DNA of 46,274 nucleotides, taken from assembly GCA_013115145.1 (NCBI GenBank), contig JAAPAO010000256.1, positions 1-46,274 on the forward strand, given 5' to 3'. Shown piece after piece: positions 1 through 13,286 of this stretch. This DNA comes from Perkinsus chesapeaki ATCC PRA-425. Taxonomy: Eukaryota; Protista; Perkinsozoa. The notes under the pieces were generated by a model. The model did no database searches and was not told the origin of the DNA. It was given only the letters and a program-made list of their open reading frames with translations. Numbering within the stretch: the stretch's first letter is position 1; every line of letters starts with the position of its first letter. The position numbers were made by a program, and so were the translations under genes.

Positions 1-209
<209 letters not shown>

Positions 210-213
210 TTAC

Positions 214-2667
214 GATATGATCCGCATTGTTTAATAAAATCTACTAACCAACTTCTTTCATCTATTAACCCTCCTCCTCCTCCACCACCACCATGTTCTG
301 TACTACTATTATCACCATCAAGTAGTAGTAGTGAGTGACGTCTACTATGTATATTATATTCATCATCATCATATCTGTTATTATTATTATCTGGATAATA
401 ATTATAAAAATGCAATAATATATTACCCTTACCATTATCCCCTCCAGGTGGTGGTGGTGTTAAACGGAATATTCTAACTCTATCACCACCCCCAGCAATA
501 GCTAACCAATTCGGTAGTGAATGACCAAGTGATAGTAACTATAATAATGATACATCAATATTATTATTATTATTATTACCTTTGCTGGAAAGAAGAAGGA
601 TGCATGATTATATTCTATATGTGGAGGGGCGCCGCCGCCTTGTGGTGGTGTTATACTAGTTATGGCTAATAACTCTTTATTATTATTCCATATGCATAGA
701 TGTGTAAGAGAACTTGATATAAGTAGGACCTATTATTAAAACAACATTAATAATAATGCTAGTATTACTATTATTATACTTTATTATAATATGTATTTAC
801 CACTGCTAATGATAAGACTGCATTAGTATTACTACTAATATATGATGATGACGATATATCATCATGATCATCATGATCACTTTTATTATTATCTTTTACT
901 TCTTCTGATACCCCTGATAGTTTACTGATGCCACCAGCATGATTATAATGATAAAGGGTTCGACGACAGTTCCACAATAAATGCTTGTTGTTGTTATTCC
1001 TAGAACCCCATATTCGTATTGTACCTACTATTAGTATATTACTTATAATAGTATATAATAATATGATAATACCATCGCTGCTACCGGAATATACTTCCTC
1101 AACTTCCTTTGATGTTGATGTTATTGTTGTTGTTGATGCTAGACAGAATATAGCACCTATATTGTTAAGCTTCTTCTCCTTCTTCTTATTGTCGATATAG
1201 TTGTTATTATTATTACCTCTATGACCAACTAATGAGTATGCTTCTTGATCATCATATCCAGTTCGTGGTGATGATGATGATGGTGGCCACCATAATAATT
1301 GACCATCACTACTGCCAGATAGTATACCATATTTATATGGTAATAAACATGTACTAGTATAAAGATATTATTAATATAATTATTATTATTATTACACAGG
1401 TCCATAATGTTGTCTACTTATACCATTACCTTCTGCCTTATTATTATTATTATTATTGCCACTGCCTTTTAATATTCTTACGCATTCTCTGCTTGTCTCT
1501 TGTAAACGTGCTCTTTTTTTACCAATCACAACTGTTGTTGCTGCTGCTACCTTTTTACCACATCCTCCATAGTCCTTACTACTACTACACCTCACTTTAT
1601 TATAATCTGAGTAATATATTTTTATTCATCTATTATACTGTATATTACCATTATTATTATTATCATCAGCATCTGATATAATATTATCATTTAATACTCC
1701 CTTTACTCCTTTACCAGCAGCACCACCACCACCATCACATGACGTTGCAACAACATTGAGATCTGTTATTACTACTCAGGTATAGTATACAACAGAAGTA
1801 GTCGATAATGATGGTATATTACCTATTGTTAAGAATTTAATTGTTTTAGATTTGGTTTTGATTGATCTTAATGATTTCATCAACTTTGGTACATTTATAC
1901 TAATCTAATAATAATGATTAAATAACCATTAATAAATTATTATTAATGATGTCTTATTATTATTACTAATGATGTATTATTAAATCCAGCATATAAATAA
2001 TCAGTATTATTATTAACAGCTAATGATAATATTCTACCAGGATTCGGATTAAACTAACAATAAAACTTATACAACATATTATTATATTACTTATATTATT
2101 ATTTACTACCTTAATACAGAAAAGACAAGGTGTCTTAGTTGTTGTTGTTGTTGAGGAAGAGGAAGAAGAAGAGGCCATGTCTTTTCCATCCTCGTCGTCG
2201 TCTGCTTCTTTATTATTATTACTATGTCTCCTTTTATTATTATTCATCATCATCATCACCCAATATGTTATATCCCATATACGTAGTTCATTATCACCAC
2301 CGGTAAATAGTAGATTACTACTACTACTTCTAGAGCTACTTGCTCTTCTTCTTCTTGTTGATGATGTATGGAGGATGTTTGACTTATGTTCAATATTACT
2401 ATCATCTACTTTATCCTTTTCATGTGTTGTTGTTGTATTATTATTATTGTTAGATGATGATGATGATGATGCAGGTGATGCAGCAGATGATGCAATGGTA
2501 ACCACTGGACTTGTTTGTTTTCTAATATCCAATATATCCCATATATTAGTATCATAAAATCTAATATGACCATCTTGAAATCCAACAACTAGTATAGCCG
2601 GTATTATTATTATATTATTATTCACCTTTATTAGACTACCAAGACTACTACCATCTATTATATCCAT
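214..2667 (-). CDS. WD40-repeat protein with low-complexity insertions; multi-exon, continues past the left window edge
   Basis: WD-like repeat ends ILVVGFQDGHIRFYDT, LLFTGGDNELRIWDIT and VSYCWGGDRVRIFRL. Last visible exon ends DFIKQCGSY at a GTAAGT donor. May be the C-terminal part of the amidotransferase gene. Confidence 0.6.
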
Positions 2668-2682
2668 CTAAATATGATTATA

Positions 2683-5600
2683 TTAATAATATCTTATATA
2701 CTCTATACTTACACTACAGACTGTATTATTCATATCATACCCATCACCACGACCATACCCACCACTATTCACCATTTTCCCACTATCTCCCCTATTAACT
2801 GTAGTAGTAGTAGTGGAAGCCTTCAATTCCATAAAGGGATCATCTAATCCTGTGATATATGGTTTAATATTATTATTATCATTATTATTATATCCATTTG
2901 TAACACTATCATTTGGCGATAAAGTAGCTAATAAGTCAATAGTAAGGGAATAGGTTATAATAGTAATAAGTCCATATTATTATTACTAATAATATCTCCT
3001 AGGGTAGTAGGTCCAGCTGCTATATCCGGTATTGGGTGGGTATTTATTATATTATAAATGTCATCAACACCACCACCACGTGCTGATAGATCTTCATCTC
3101 TTCCTCTATTTTGTTCATGTTGAGTATTATATGCTGTCTCTCTAAATGCTGCTGATGATGATGCCCTTATCATTATACTTCTTTTTTCACAACATGAACA
3201 ATAACATGGTTTGTCAATACTTGGCCATAAACGTTTCATTAATGGTGCTAATAATACAGTTACAATGTCGGTATTAGGCTTAGTCATTAACCTAACATCT
3301 TAACCTATCATATGTTCATCATCATCAATTATTATTATTACACTAAGGTATGATTATGTGGTACTGGTGTCCATTCATCATGTAATGTATTTAATGGTTC
3401 TGATGATACTATTGCTACTCTAGGTCTTGGATCAGTATGTATCTACAATTACTAATATTATTAACTACAACTACAACAACCACTATTATTATTACTATTA
3501 CCATATGATAATTATCATTAACTCCTCCTTCTCCCTCTCCTCCTCTATTAGGTGTTATACATGACCATTTAGATCCAGTTATATAATATAATGAGCATGA
3601 TGCCACTGGTACTCCTCCCGTCCCCTCACCATCATCACCACCACCCCAGGCATAACGTGTAGCTATAATAGTATTACCATCCGATACAACAAAATTAGCT
3701 AGACTCGAGGGTAGGTTATGGTTAGGTTGTTTATTATCTTTATATGCCTTCTCACATGTATGACGTATTATTAACACCTAAACAGTAGTAGTAGACAAGA
3801 GTTGGAGTATGATTAATAATAGTTCAAACGGTTAACTATGTCATGTTAACTATTTCCGACCTAAACATCATCCTCATTATCATATCTATCCGTATAAAGA
3901 GAAGATGAGGAGGAGGAAAGGTTGGACTATACCATAGTCATATCAACATAGTCATCTCATGAGGTTATTATGGCTCACATAATTATCAATTTTTCGACAC
4001 TTTTTTCGTCTAGATCCCATCACTCGCTTTTGCATACAAAGCAGCCTGCATTATTATTGATGCAGCTGACATTCTTCTCCTTCTCCTCCTCCTCGAAGTG
4101 CTTGCTCGCCCTCTAGAGGAGGGGGACCTCCGCTTCTCTATTGCTTTAAGTCATTCGATTGCCCAAAGGCATATCGCATCGACAATCGATGCATGACTCG
4201 GGTCCGTTATCCATTCATCCTACTGTAGTAGGAGTCGGATTATAGGGCAGTAGTAGGATGGTGTTTACAGTCATGGCACAAGTTAGATCTAACCTTATCA
4301 CTGAATACCAGTTAACCAGGTATGACAGACCGAAGCGTAACAAATCCGAAGGGACCGATTCCATAAAATGGAAGTGTCGGTAGTCTGATTATTATGATAT
4401 CGCCCCTGCAGGCATGAGATAGTAGTTTTCACAATACCTCACTTTCCCTGTTTTTAGCCCACATTGTTTGACGCGAGAATCGCGTAATTTGTGCTGAATT
4501 TAGGAATGGTTAAGTACTTGAATGCTGCATGAATGTGAAAATGTTCAGAGCAAGTATTTCAGAGCAAGTATTTTCAAGAGCCGAGTTTCCCAATCCGCCT
4601 ATAAAGCTCAAGAATTATGCCAAAAATCGGTGGTTGATCGCTTGGAAGCTCGGAAGCAGTTGCATTCCGAAATGGTTAATTCTACATTATTAACTAGTGA
4701 TGAGAGGGTGAGTTTTTAAATTCACATATCTACAATTTCGCCTCTTCTAGAGTCCGGTGGTGGTGGTGGTGGTGTAATGTTTCATCACATTATTCCTTTA
4801 TATTATTATTGCGTTGCAGTAAGTAGTATTATTATTATTATCATATTACAGTAGCTTCCATTGCCTTCCTTAAATCATCAGCATCATATTTACATTTGCC
4901 ATATCTAATAACAAAGTGTGTGATGTATAATTAGTTGTTATTATTACGATTCTTGTATAGTAGTTGCTTTTGGACACAGTTGTGTTAGAAATAATGCAAA
5001 TGCTACTGCTGAATCTATTGATGAATGTCTCATAGCTATATCAAATGATATATCATTTAATAATGATAATAATGGACGTTGAACCCCTTTATTATTAAAT
5101 CCACCAATGACACCATTATGCATGAATATAAATTTACCACATCTAAATGGATGACATAATGATTGCCCTACTGGTGTTGATGGTCCTGCTGCTCTAACCT
5201 AATATTAATAATACTACTACAGTATATGTTGTATATTCATATTATTACTATTACATGTGCAAATATTAAATGACTTCTTACTCGATCACTTAGTTGAGCT
5301 AAATTACTATCATTCCAAGCTGGTGCACCTTATTATACTATTATCACTAGTCATGACTATCAGGATCCTATTAGTATTATTATTACTTGACACAAATACA
5401 CATGCGCCTTCACCACCTTGTTTAATATCATTTATATCATACCATCCAATACCATAACCATCACCATTTAAGAATGCTTGTTTATAGCTTTCTGATGGTA
5501 CTGTACCTTGGGGTAGTTGCTGTCGTTCTTGGCAGGCATATCTAATAATAGTAGATAAGTATATCATCATTTGCACTATTATTATGCAGCAGCAGCAGCA

Positions 5601-5713
5601 CGTCTTCATTATTATTATTACGATTGCCTTATTATACTCATATTAGGTTCAGTTGTTATATCTGCTAATAATACTTCTTCATCACCTGATATTAATGCTG
5701 TTAATCGACACAT
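2683..5713 (-). CDS. Class II (Ntn) glutamine amidotransferase, DUG3/EgtC-like
   Basis: Spliced reading: MCRLTALISG (Cys2 nucleophile), NGDGYGIGWY, VRAA..CHPF..FMHNGVIGGF, SIDSAVAFALFL, ANFVVSDGNTIIATRY, SLYY, VSSEPL..WTPVPHNHTL. These are established DUG3/EgtC motifs. The 3' end is either the stop at 2683 or a splice into the WD40 exons. Confidence 0.88.
4010..4364 (-). pseudogene. Possible F-box-like gene fragment nested in the long intron, with one in-frame TGA
   Basis: MESVPSDLLRFGLSYLVNWYSVIRLDLTC resembles the F-box pattern. After a putative short intron the frame reads DEWITDPSHASIVDAICLWAIE*LKAIEKRR...SDGI*. Speculative. Confidence 0.25.
4522..4777 (+). CDS. Short hypothetical ORF nested antisense in the long intron
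   Basis: 62 codons, then a GTGAGT...CTTCTAG intron (4708-4750) and a stop at 4775-4777. Contains a 14-nt direct duplication (TTCAGAGCAAGTAT x2). No recognisable family. Confidence 0.2.
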
Positions 5714-5973
5714 TTATAATAATAATAATGATCATCATCAATTATTAATTATATAACACAATATCAATCATCACTAGTTGTTATCGCCTTTTGTTCTGAC
5801 TTATACAATATTATCAATTAGAACCTATTAGCATTGTGGATGCATCATTCAGATGGTTGTGGTGGTGGTGGATCATACAGCTTCACTTAACACACCGTAC
5901 TCAACATAGTCAGTGATGATGATGATGTTGAATCATACCATGTAGGTTGATATGATAATATCAACAATAACAA

Positions 5974-7262
5974 TTAAAAAACATTTAATTCGGTATTAAT
6001 ACCTATTAATAATAACATTATCATTAATATTATTATTACCATTATATAATTTATTAAGTTGTTCATAAACTATAAATGTAACCATTGTTTGTGGCCCTAG
6101 TCTCGTATAATTAGGTAACCATCCTTTAAACCTATTGCAATGAGGATAATACTACTACTACTGCTGCTGCTCTATTATCCATCCCCCCACCCCCTCCCGC
6201 CCTATTATTACAAAGCCATTATTCCTTCATTTGTTAATAAATCCTTAGTTACTTTATTAACAGTATAACCTTTATTAATAGTATTAGCCATTAATTTAGT
6301 TTTAATAACATCAAATGGTGATGTTAAAGTAGTTGATACTATACCAGATATTAATGCTGATACTACCGTAACCTATTATATAGTAGTATCATAAACTATA
6401 TGATATTATTATTACTCCAAGATCAGATGATATTATTATATTATCTTTTAAATAATGTTTAAGTGTTGTATATGGACCTATCTGTGATGCTGTTAATATA
6501 GCTGCTCTAGTAGCTGACATAGATGTACCATTCCACAAATTACTGTATAATGATGATGTTGTTATACATCTATATGCCGGTGACGGTGGTATTATCTATT
6601 AATTATCTCTATATGAATATATACAGTATAGGGTGTGATTACATGTGTACTATAATTATTACCACTTTGAAGTCTAACTTTGAGTACTTCTAATGGATTC
6701 CCAATAACAGCTGCTAATGCACCTATTATTAATTATACAATGATTACTATTCTTATTACCAGATAATAATGCTGATGTTATATTAATAACTGTATTATTA
6801 TTAACATCATATATATTATTAATAGTATTCTTAATAGGTGCATATCTGGTATTAGTATTATTTATTAATATTACATATACTTATTACAATCCAAGCCTAG
6901 CTCCACCATATATAAAGGCTCTGCTTAATGCAGGTATCCATCCTTTAAATAAACCACTTAACTTTTCATTATGAATTATCTATTAATCTATATAATATTA
7001 AATATTATTAATAATATTTACATCTTTTGCTACACTAAATGTCATTCTAGGGGATATTATTAATCCAACAGTACTACTTCTTGATAATGCTCTTGTTGTT
7101 GATTGAGCAATTGTTAATAATTGTAAACGTACCTAATTATTTATTATAATGCTATTAATAATTAATCATTACCTTAACTAGATCTAACGGATGTGTTATT
7201 ACTGTTGCGCATGATACCGATAATGATGATATCAATATATGAGCTGTATTATTATCAATCAT
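5974..7262 (-). CDS. Mitochondrial carrier (SLC25), UCP/dicarboxylate/oxoglutarate-like group
   Basis: Three signature motifs (PLDLVKVR, PLEVLKVR, PFDVIKTK), plus FKGWIPALSRAFIYGGARLGLY, RAAILTASQIGPY and GWLPNYTRLGPQT. Confidence 0.92.
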
Positions 7263-7407
7263 ATGAGTCAACTAAGTTCACGGCTATCTACGACAACAAC
7301 AAATACGCCGACGACGAACAGTAGTTGCGTTGTGGATAGTTAAGGAATTTCAAGATTTGTCAAGTTTTCAAGATTTATCTCTATTTTATCACCAGTGTAT
7401 AGCAATT

Positions 7408-9586
7408 ATGAAGGCCCAAAGAGTATCAACAACAAATAATAATATTATTAATAATAATGGTAATGTATTAATAAATGGTATATGTAAAGATATATTATCA
7501 TTTTATCGTATACCACCCAAAGGTAGTAATTATTGGTAGTTATTATAATACAAGTTTGTGTTATTATTTTTAGGTGATATATCATTAATAGAACTAGATA
7601 ATATATGTAAAGCTAGATTAGCATTATTACAATCAATTGATAAAAAAATAAACAATTATGAAAGGAGTAATGAAACTGGTGGTGATATAATACAAGGTAA
7701 GCTTTATGAGGTTGTTAATGGTTAACAAATATGATAATAGGATTCTGTAAAAGTGGTGAGGCTGATAATATTATTATGTCAATACCAGCATGTTTAAAGG
7801 ATAATGATAATGATATTACCAGTCATTATATGCTAAGATTAGCGTAATAGTTAATAATAATCAATTATTAATATTATTATATTAGGTTCTGTAGATCACC
7901 GGAATTATGTAATTGGTTTATAACATGTGAAGAGGTATTATTACAATGTGTATTATATTATTACGGTCAAACTGCTATTAATAATGTAATATTAATTATA
8001 ATATATTATTAACTAATAATAGGCATTACAACTAACTGGTGTATCGTCACTTATTAATCGTATTATAGATGGGAAGGGTAGTATTGAATTATAATATTAT
8101 TATTATTTAATATTATAGATAATAGTGATATACAACAACAGCAGGACATTACATTTATTGATACTCTAAATAAAGCAACACAAGGGGGATCAACTAATAA
8201 TATATATTATGAGATACCATTTATGGTAATAATATTAATTATTATCAATAATGTTATTATTATTATTAATAGTATTGTTCACCTAATTTAATATCTAAAA
8301 GATCAGTTGTTATTAAAAGTGGTATGGTATATTTGCCTGATACGCAACTTAATACTTTATTATGCAAGTAATAATAATAATATCAAATATTAAATAATAT
8401 TTAATATTAGAACTTATTCAGAGGAATTACGTAAACATTTGGATATAGCATTACAAGTAGTAATATTATTAATTATAATATTAATATTAACCATTTAGGA
8501 ACGTACAGTATTTATGAGTGATATGCGTATAGCTAATATACTTAAACAAATGCATCCAACATTTAAGTAATAATAAGGATATTATTATTATAATTGATAT
8601 TAATAGACCATCTTCTAATAATAATGATAATATACCTGATTCGGAGAAACTATCATTAGATAATTTTAATATGGTAATGATGATTATCATAATAATCATT
8701 AATATGACTATTATTATTATAAAGTTACTAGAACGATCATTTCCACCTTGTATGAGAAGTTTAATTGAGCAGATGCGATTAAGGAAAACCCATCTTAAAC
8801 ATCGTGGAAGACAACAATTACCACCATTTATCAGATCTGCTGGTAATAATAATATTTAATATTATTATTATGATTGTTATTATCAGGGCTGAATATGGAG
8901 GATAGTTTAAAATGGTTTAAAAATGAGTTTACACGTGATCAGACTATTGACGGTGATAAATTTGATCGTCATTATAGTTATGATATTAAATGGGTATATG
9001 GTAAAGTAATGTATAATTTATTATTATTAATTATATGATAATTATTAATAGGTTGGTCGTATGAAGCCTTCACAGGCATTCAGTTGTAGTAGTATTATAG
9101 GGTTTGAATATCCTACTAGTGATCAAATCCATGGATGCCCTTTTAAGTAGTAATAATATTATTAATAATTATTTCATTATTGAATAGAAATATGGATGAT
9201 AACATATTGAAGAAGACATTAAATAATTGGGCAGAAAGAGCTGGCCATCAAGCATCATCACAAATAATGATTGATGATATTGTTAAAAGAAGTAAACGTG
9301 AGAGTCAACTAGCTTGTCAGGTAGTAGCAGTATCAATAATTATGAAAATAATTAATTATGTTTAATTATTTAGGAATGGTTTCGTATTATGCATCCTGGT
9401 AGTAGTGGTGATGGTGTTGGTAATCATCCTAATTCATATTTTAGGTATTATTTATTATTCAATAATATTTATTATTTATTTAGTGAATCCATTGCATATC
9501 ATCTTCCTAAAGAGACGGCTATTGATAAAATGGACGGTGTTGAAGAAGAACAAGATTCTTCTGCTGCTGCTGATGATAATAGTTAA
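7408..9586 (+). CDS. PRIM2: DNA primase large subunit
   Basis: FYRIPPKGDISLIEL..ARL, FPPCM, HLKHRGRQQL, FSCSSII, HGCPFK, LACQ, NHPNSYF. All four candidate Fe-S cysteines are present. Confidence 0.93.
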
Positions 9587-9724
9587 ATGGTTTCATAACA
9601 TGTAATACTGCATTTAATAATGATAATATTCTTGAGTTAATAAGTAATATCGATATTAAGTCAGCAAAAGTACTTTTCAACACGAACCACTTCATCATTT
9701 ACTTATATAACAAAACAATATGGT

Positions 9725-12319
9725 TTAGAAAGTATTATTAATCAGCCAAGAGTCTTCAAAAACATCTGAAGACAAGTTATTGATAATTATTATCAAATAA
9801 TTATTTATTACTCTAGTAACTTTACGCTCTTCTATTTGTGTATCATTTCTAAGATTAACATCTCTTGGATTAATCTTTAATGATCGGCATGACATATTCC
9901 TATCATTAACCAATTGTCCATATATTGCTGTTGATGATGTTTTATTAGATTCTTCTTCGGTCAATCTCTATATATATAATAATATATTATTACTTATAAT
10001 ATTATTACATTTAACCACATTAATCTCCTTTTGGATGATAATGATTCATCTTTATGTGTAATAGGATTAAGTCGACTATCTTCAGGTTTATCACGACTTC
10101 CTTTATTCTTCTAAATTCTCAATCTATCAACATAATTTACATTACTATTACTTACTTCGGTCGGTGGTTCAATTCCCAGTTCCGGTATTGATAAATCTCT
10201 CGGATCAACTTCTGGTATTGGTTCTTTTATTATTTTTTCAATAGCTTTAACTGTTTTCCATTCATCAAACCATATTGTGCCTGTTGTTGTTTATTAATAC
10301 TGTAATTATTAACTCCTTTTATTATTATTACATCCACCATCTTTAACTAGTCTTGTATCATGACATCCTTTACCTCTTGGTTTATTACATTTATGAAACC
10401 ATACCCTTTCCCTCACCTCATCAGCAGCCACTATAGCAATAGATAAACCCATATGACCAGCTCTACCAACTCTACCGATTCTATGGATATATCTATGGAT
10501 TATATACAATATAATTAAACACTAATAATTATATATTACGTTTCAGCATCATCAGATGGTGGTAATGTTAACATAAGCTCAAAAGGTAATCCTGATATAT
10601 CAATACCACGTGCAGCAACATCAGTACATATGAGAAACCTATTATAATTATAATAAAGAATAATAACCGATAATAATAATATACTGGTTTATAATAATAC
10701 TACTACTACCTAATAACACCTTGTTTAAATGCTTCTAATGCTTCTTGATTATGTTGTCTACCTCTAGCACCCGCAACCACACAACAGCTATATCTAGTAA
10801 ATGTTAATATACATTACTCAATACTGTTGTTATTATTACTGATAACCAGCTGTAGAGGTCATCATCTCCTCAACACTTACATTACGATTACTAAGATATA
10901 ATAATAAATACGTCATTAATAAATTATAACCTTACGGTGGTATACCATCTAATGAATGGAGATAGGTTTCAAGATTATCACAATCAAGGTTAGTTCGGCA
11001 AAATACCATGCATCTATCCATTTTATATGCATCCGCAATCTATTATAACAACTACTATGCTTTATTACTTATGTTTAATATTATTATTATTACCTTAACA
11101 GCAATCTTTGGTTTTTTAAGTTTAATCTCTTGCGATGCTAGACCAGTTGATGGATCCAAATCATATATACCATCTAATATTATTATATATTAAATATATT
11201 ATTATTATTACCAGTAGGCACCGATGCTCTAGGGTTCTTACAATAATTATCATCACTTATAATTATAGGTTCATCTGGATGAATTCTATAAAATGCATGA
11301 TGTACTGTATCAGGTAATATATTTCCAAGTATACTCCCTTTAGTATCAACCCATTGTGCATTGGTTGTTAATAATTTAATCATATCTTGTACCTCTTCAC
11401 TTGCTAATGTAGCACTTGTTAATATAACTTGTACTCTTTTAGAAGATCCATCTCTCTCACCATGTGTTTTAATATCATCACCTGATTCACCACCACCACA
11501 ATAACAACAACAATATCATCTATATCTCGTTCATATTGGCTTAATTAATACTACATAATTTAGCCAATATCTTTTCTTGATCATTTTTAATAAGATCATC
11601 AGCTTCATCCAATATAAGCATAAACACTCTTGATAAATCTAATTCACCTCGACGTATCTAATCAACGGTGACAAGGCAACAATGATCATTTAATAATAAT
11701 AACATTATTATTATTATTTCTTAATATTACAGAATTCTTAACTTTCTGTGGTGTACCAACAATAACATCTGGTTCTTCACCTTTAGGGCCTTTCACATCT
11801 GCTGCATATAAATGCACTTTAATTGATGGTTCAAGATCTCTGATGTTTACAATATTAATGATAATAATTTATTATAATATATTATTACTTAGAATAATCC
11901 CTCATACATTTACATGTTTGTTCACATAATGGTATAGTAGGTTCAAGTACTATACAATATGGTGATGCTTGTTTATTATTATTAGTTCCTTTATTGCTGC
12001 CTTCTTCTTCATGTTGTCCTATGTATTATACAATCAGTAATACTATATTCGATATATTTTATTGTTACTTTGTTCATATATCTCTTGTATTGACGCTAAA
12101 CCAAATGCTGCTGTTTTACCAGTACCAGTCTCAGCACATATACATACATCACCACCACCTTTATTATTATAAGTATTATTATCATAAGATACAACCCTTA
12201 TTATTACCAAGTATTAATGGCACTGCTTCTGCTTGTACTGCTGTTGGTAATGTCCAATCTAAATCCTCAACAGCTTGTATAATTGATGGATGAAGTCCAA
12301 ATTCTTCAAATGCAGACAT
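9725..12319 (-). CDS. DDX1: DEAD-box helicase DDX1, lacking the SPRY insertion
   Basis: [96 protein letters not shown]. The C-terminal end is approximate. Confidence 0.9.
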
Positions 12320-12444
12320 TATAAATCTTATTATTATAAAGTTATTAACACAATACCCATTATTCTTGATATATTATTATAATACTATTACCACACTTCT
12401 TCTTATAATAATAATAATCTAATTAACCACCTATACTACTACTA

Positions 12445-13274
<830 letters not shown>

Positions 13275-13286
13275 TTATTATTATTA

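Larger units (their letters stand above)
3778..4849 (-). other. Unusually long (1072 nt) intron of the amidotransferase gene containing GC-richer sequence
   Basis: GTAATA donor at 4849 and TTTAG acceptor at 3778 join LRKAMEAT to VLIIRHTCEK in frame. Most other introns here are about 30-70 nt. Confidence 0.7.

Noticed and set aside
985-1200. Many Ile/Leu/Tyr-rich or poly-His/Cys ORFs in the six-frame track (e.g. 985-1200, 1493-1681, 2177-2557, 22879-23115, 25547-25777)
   Set aside because: They are antisense or off-frame shadows of real exons and triplet-repeat introns.
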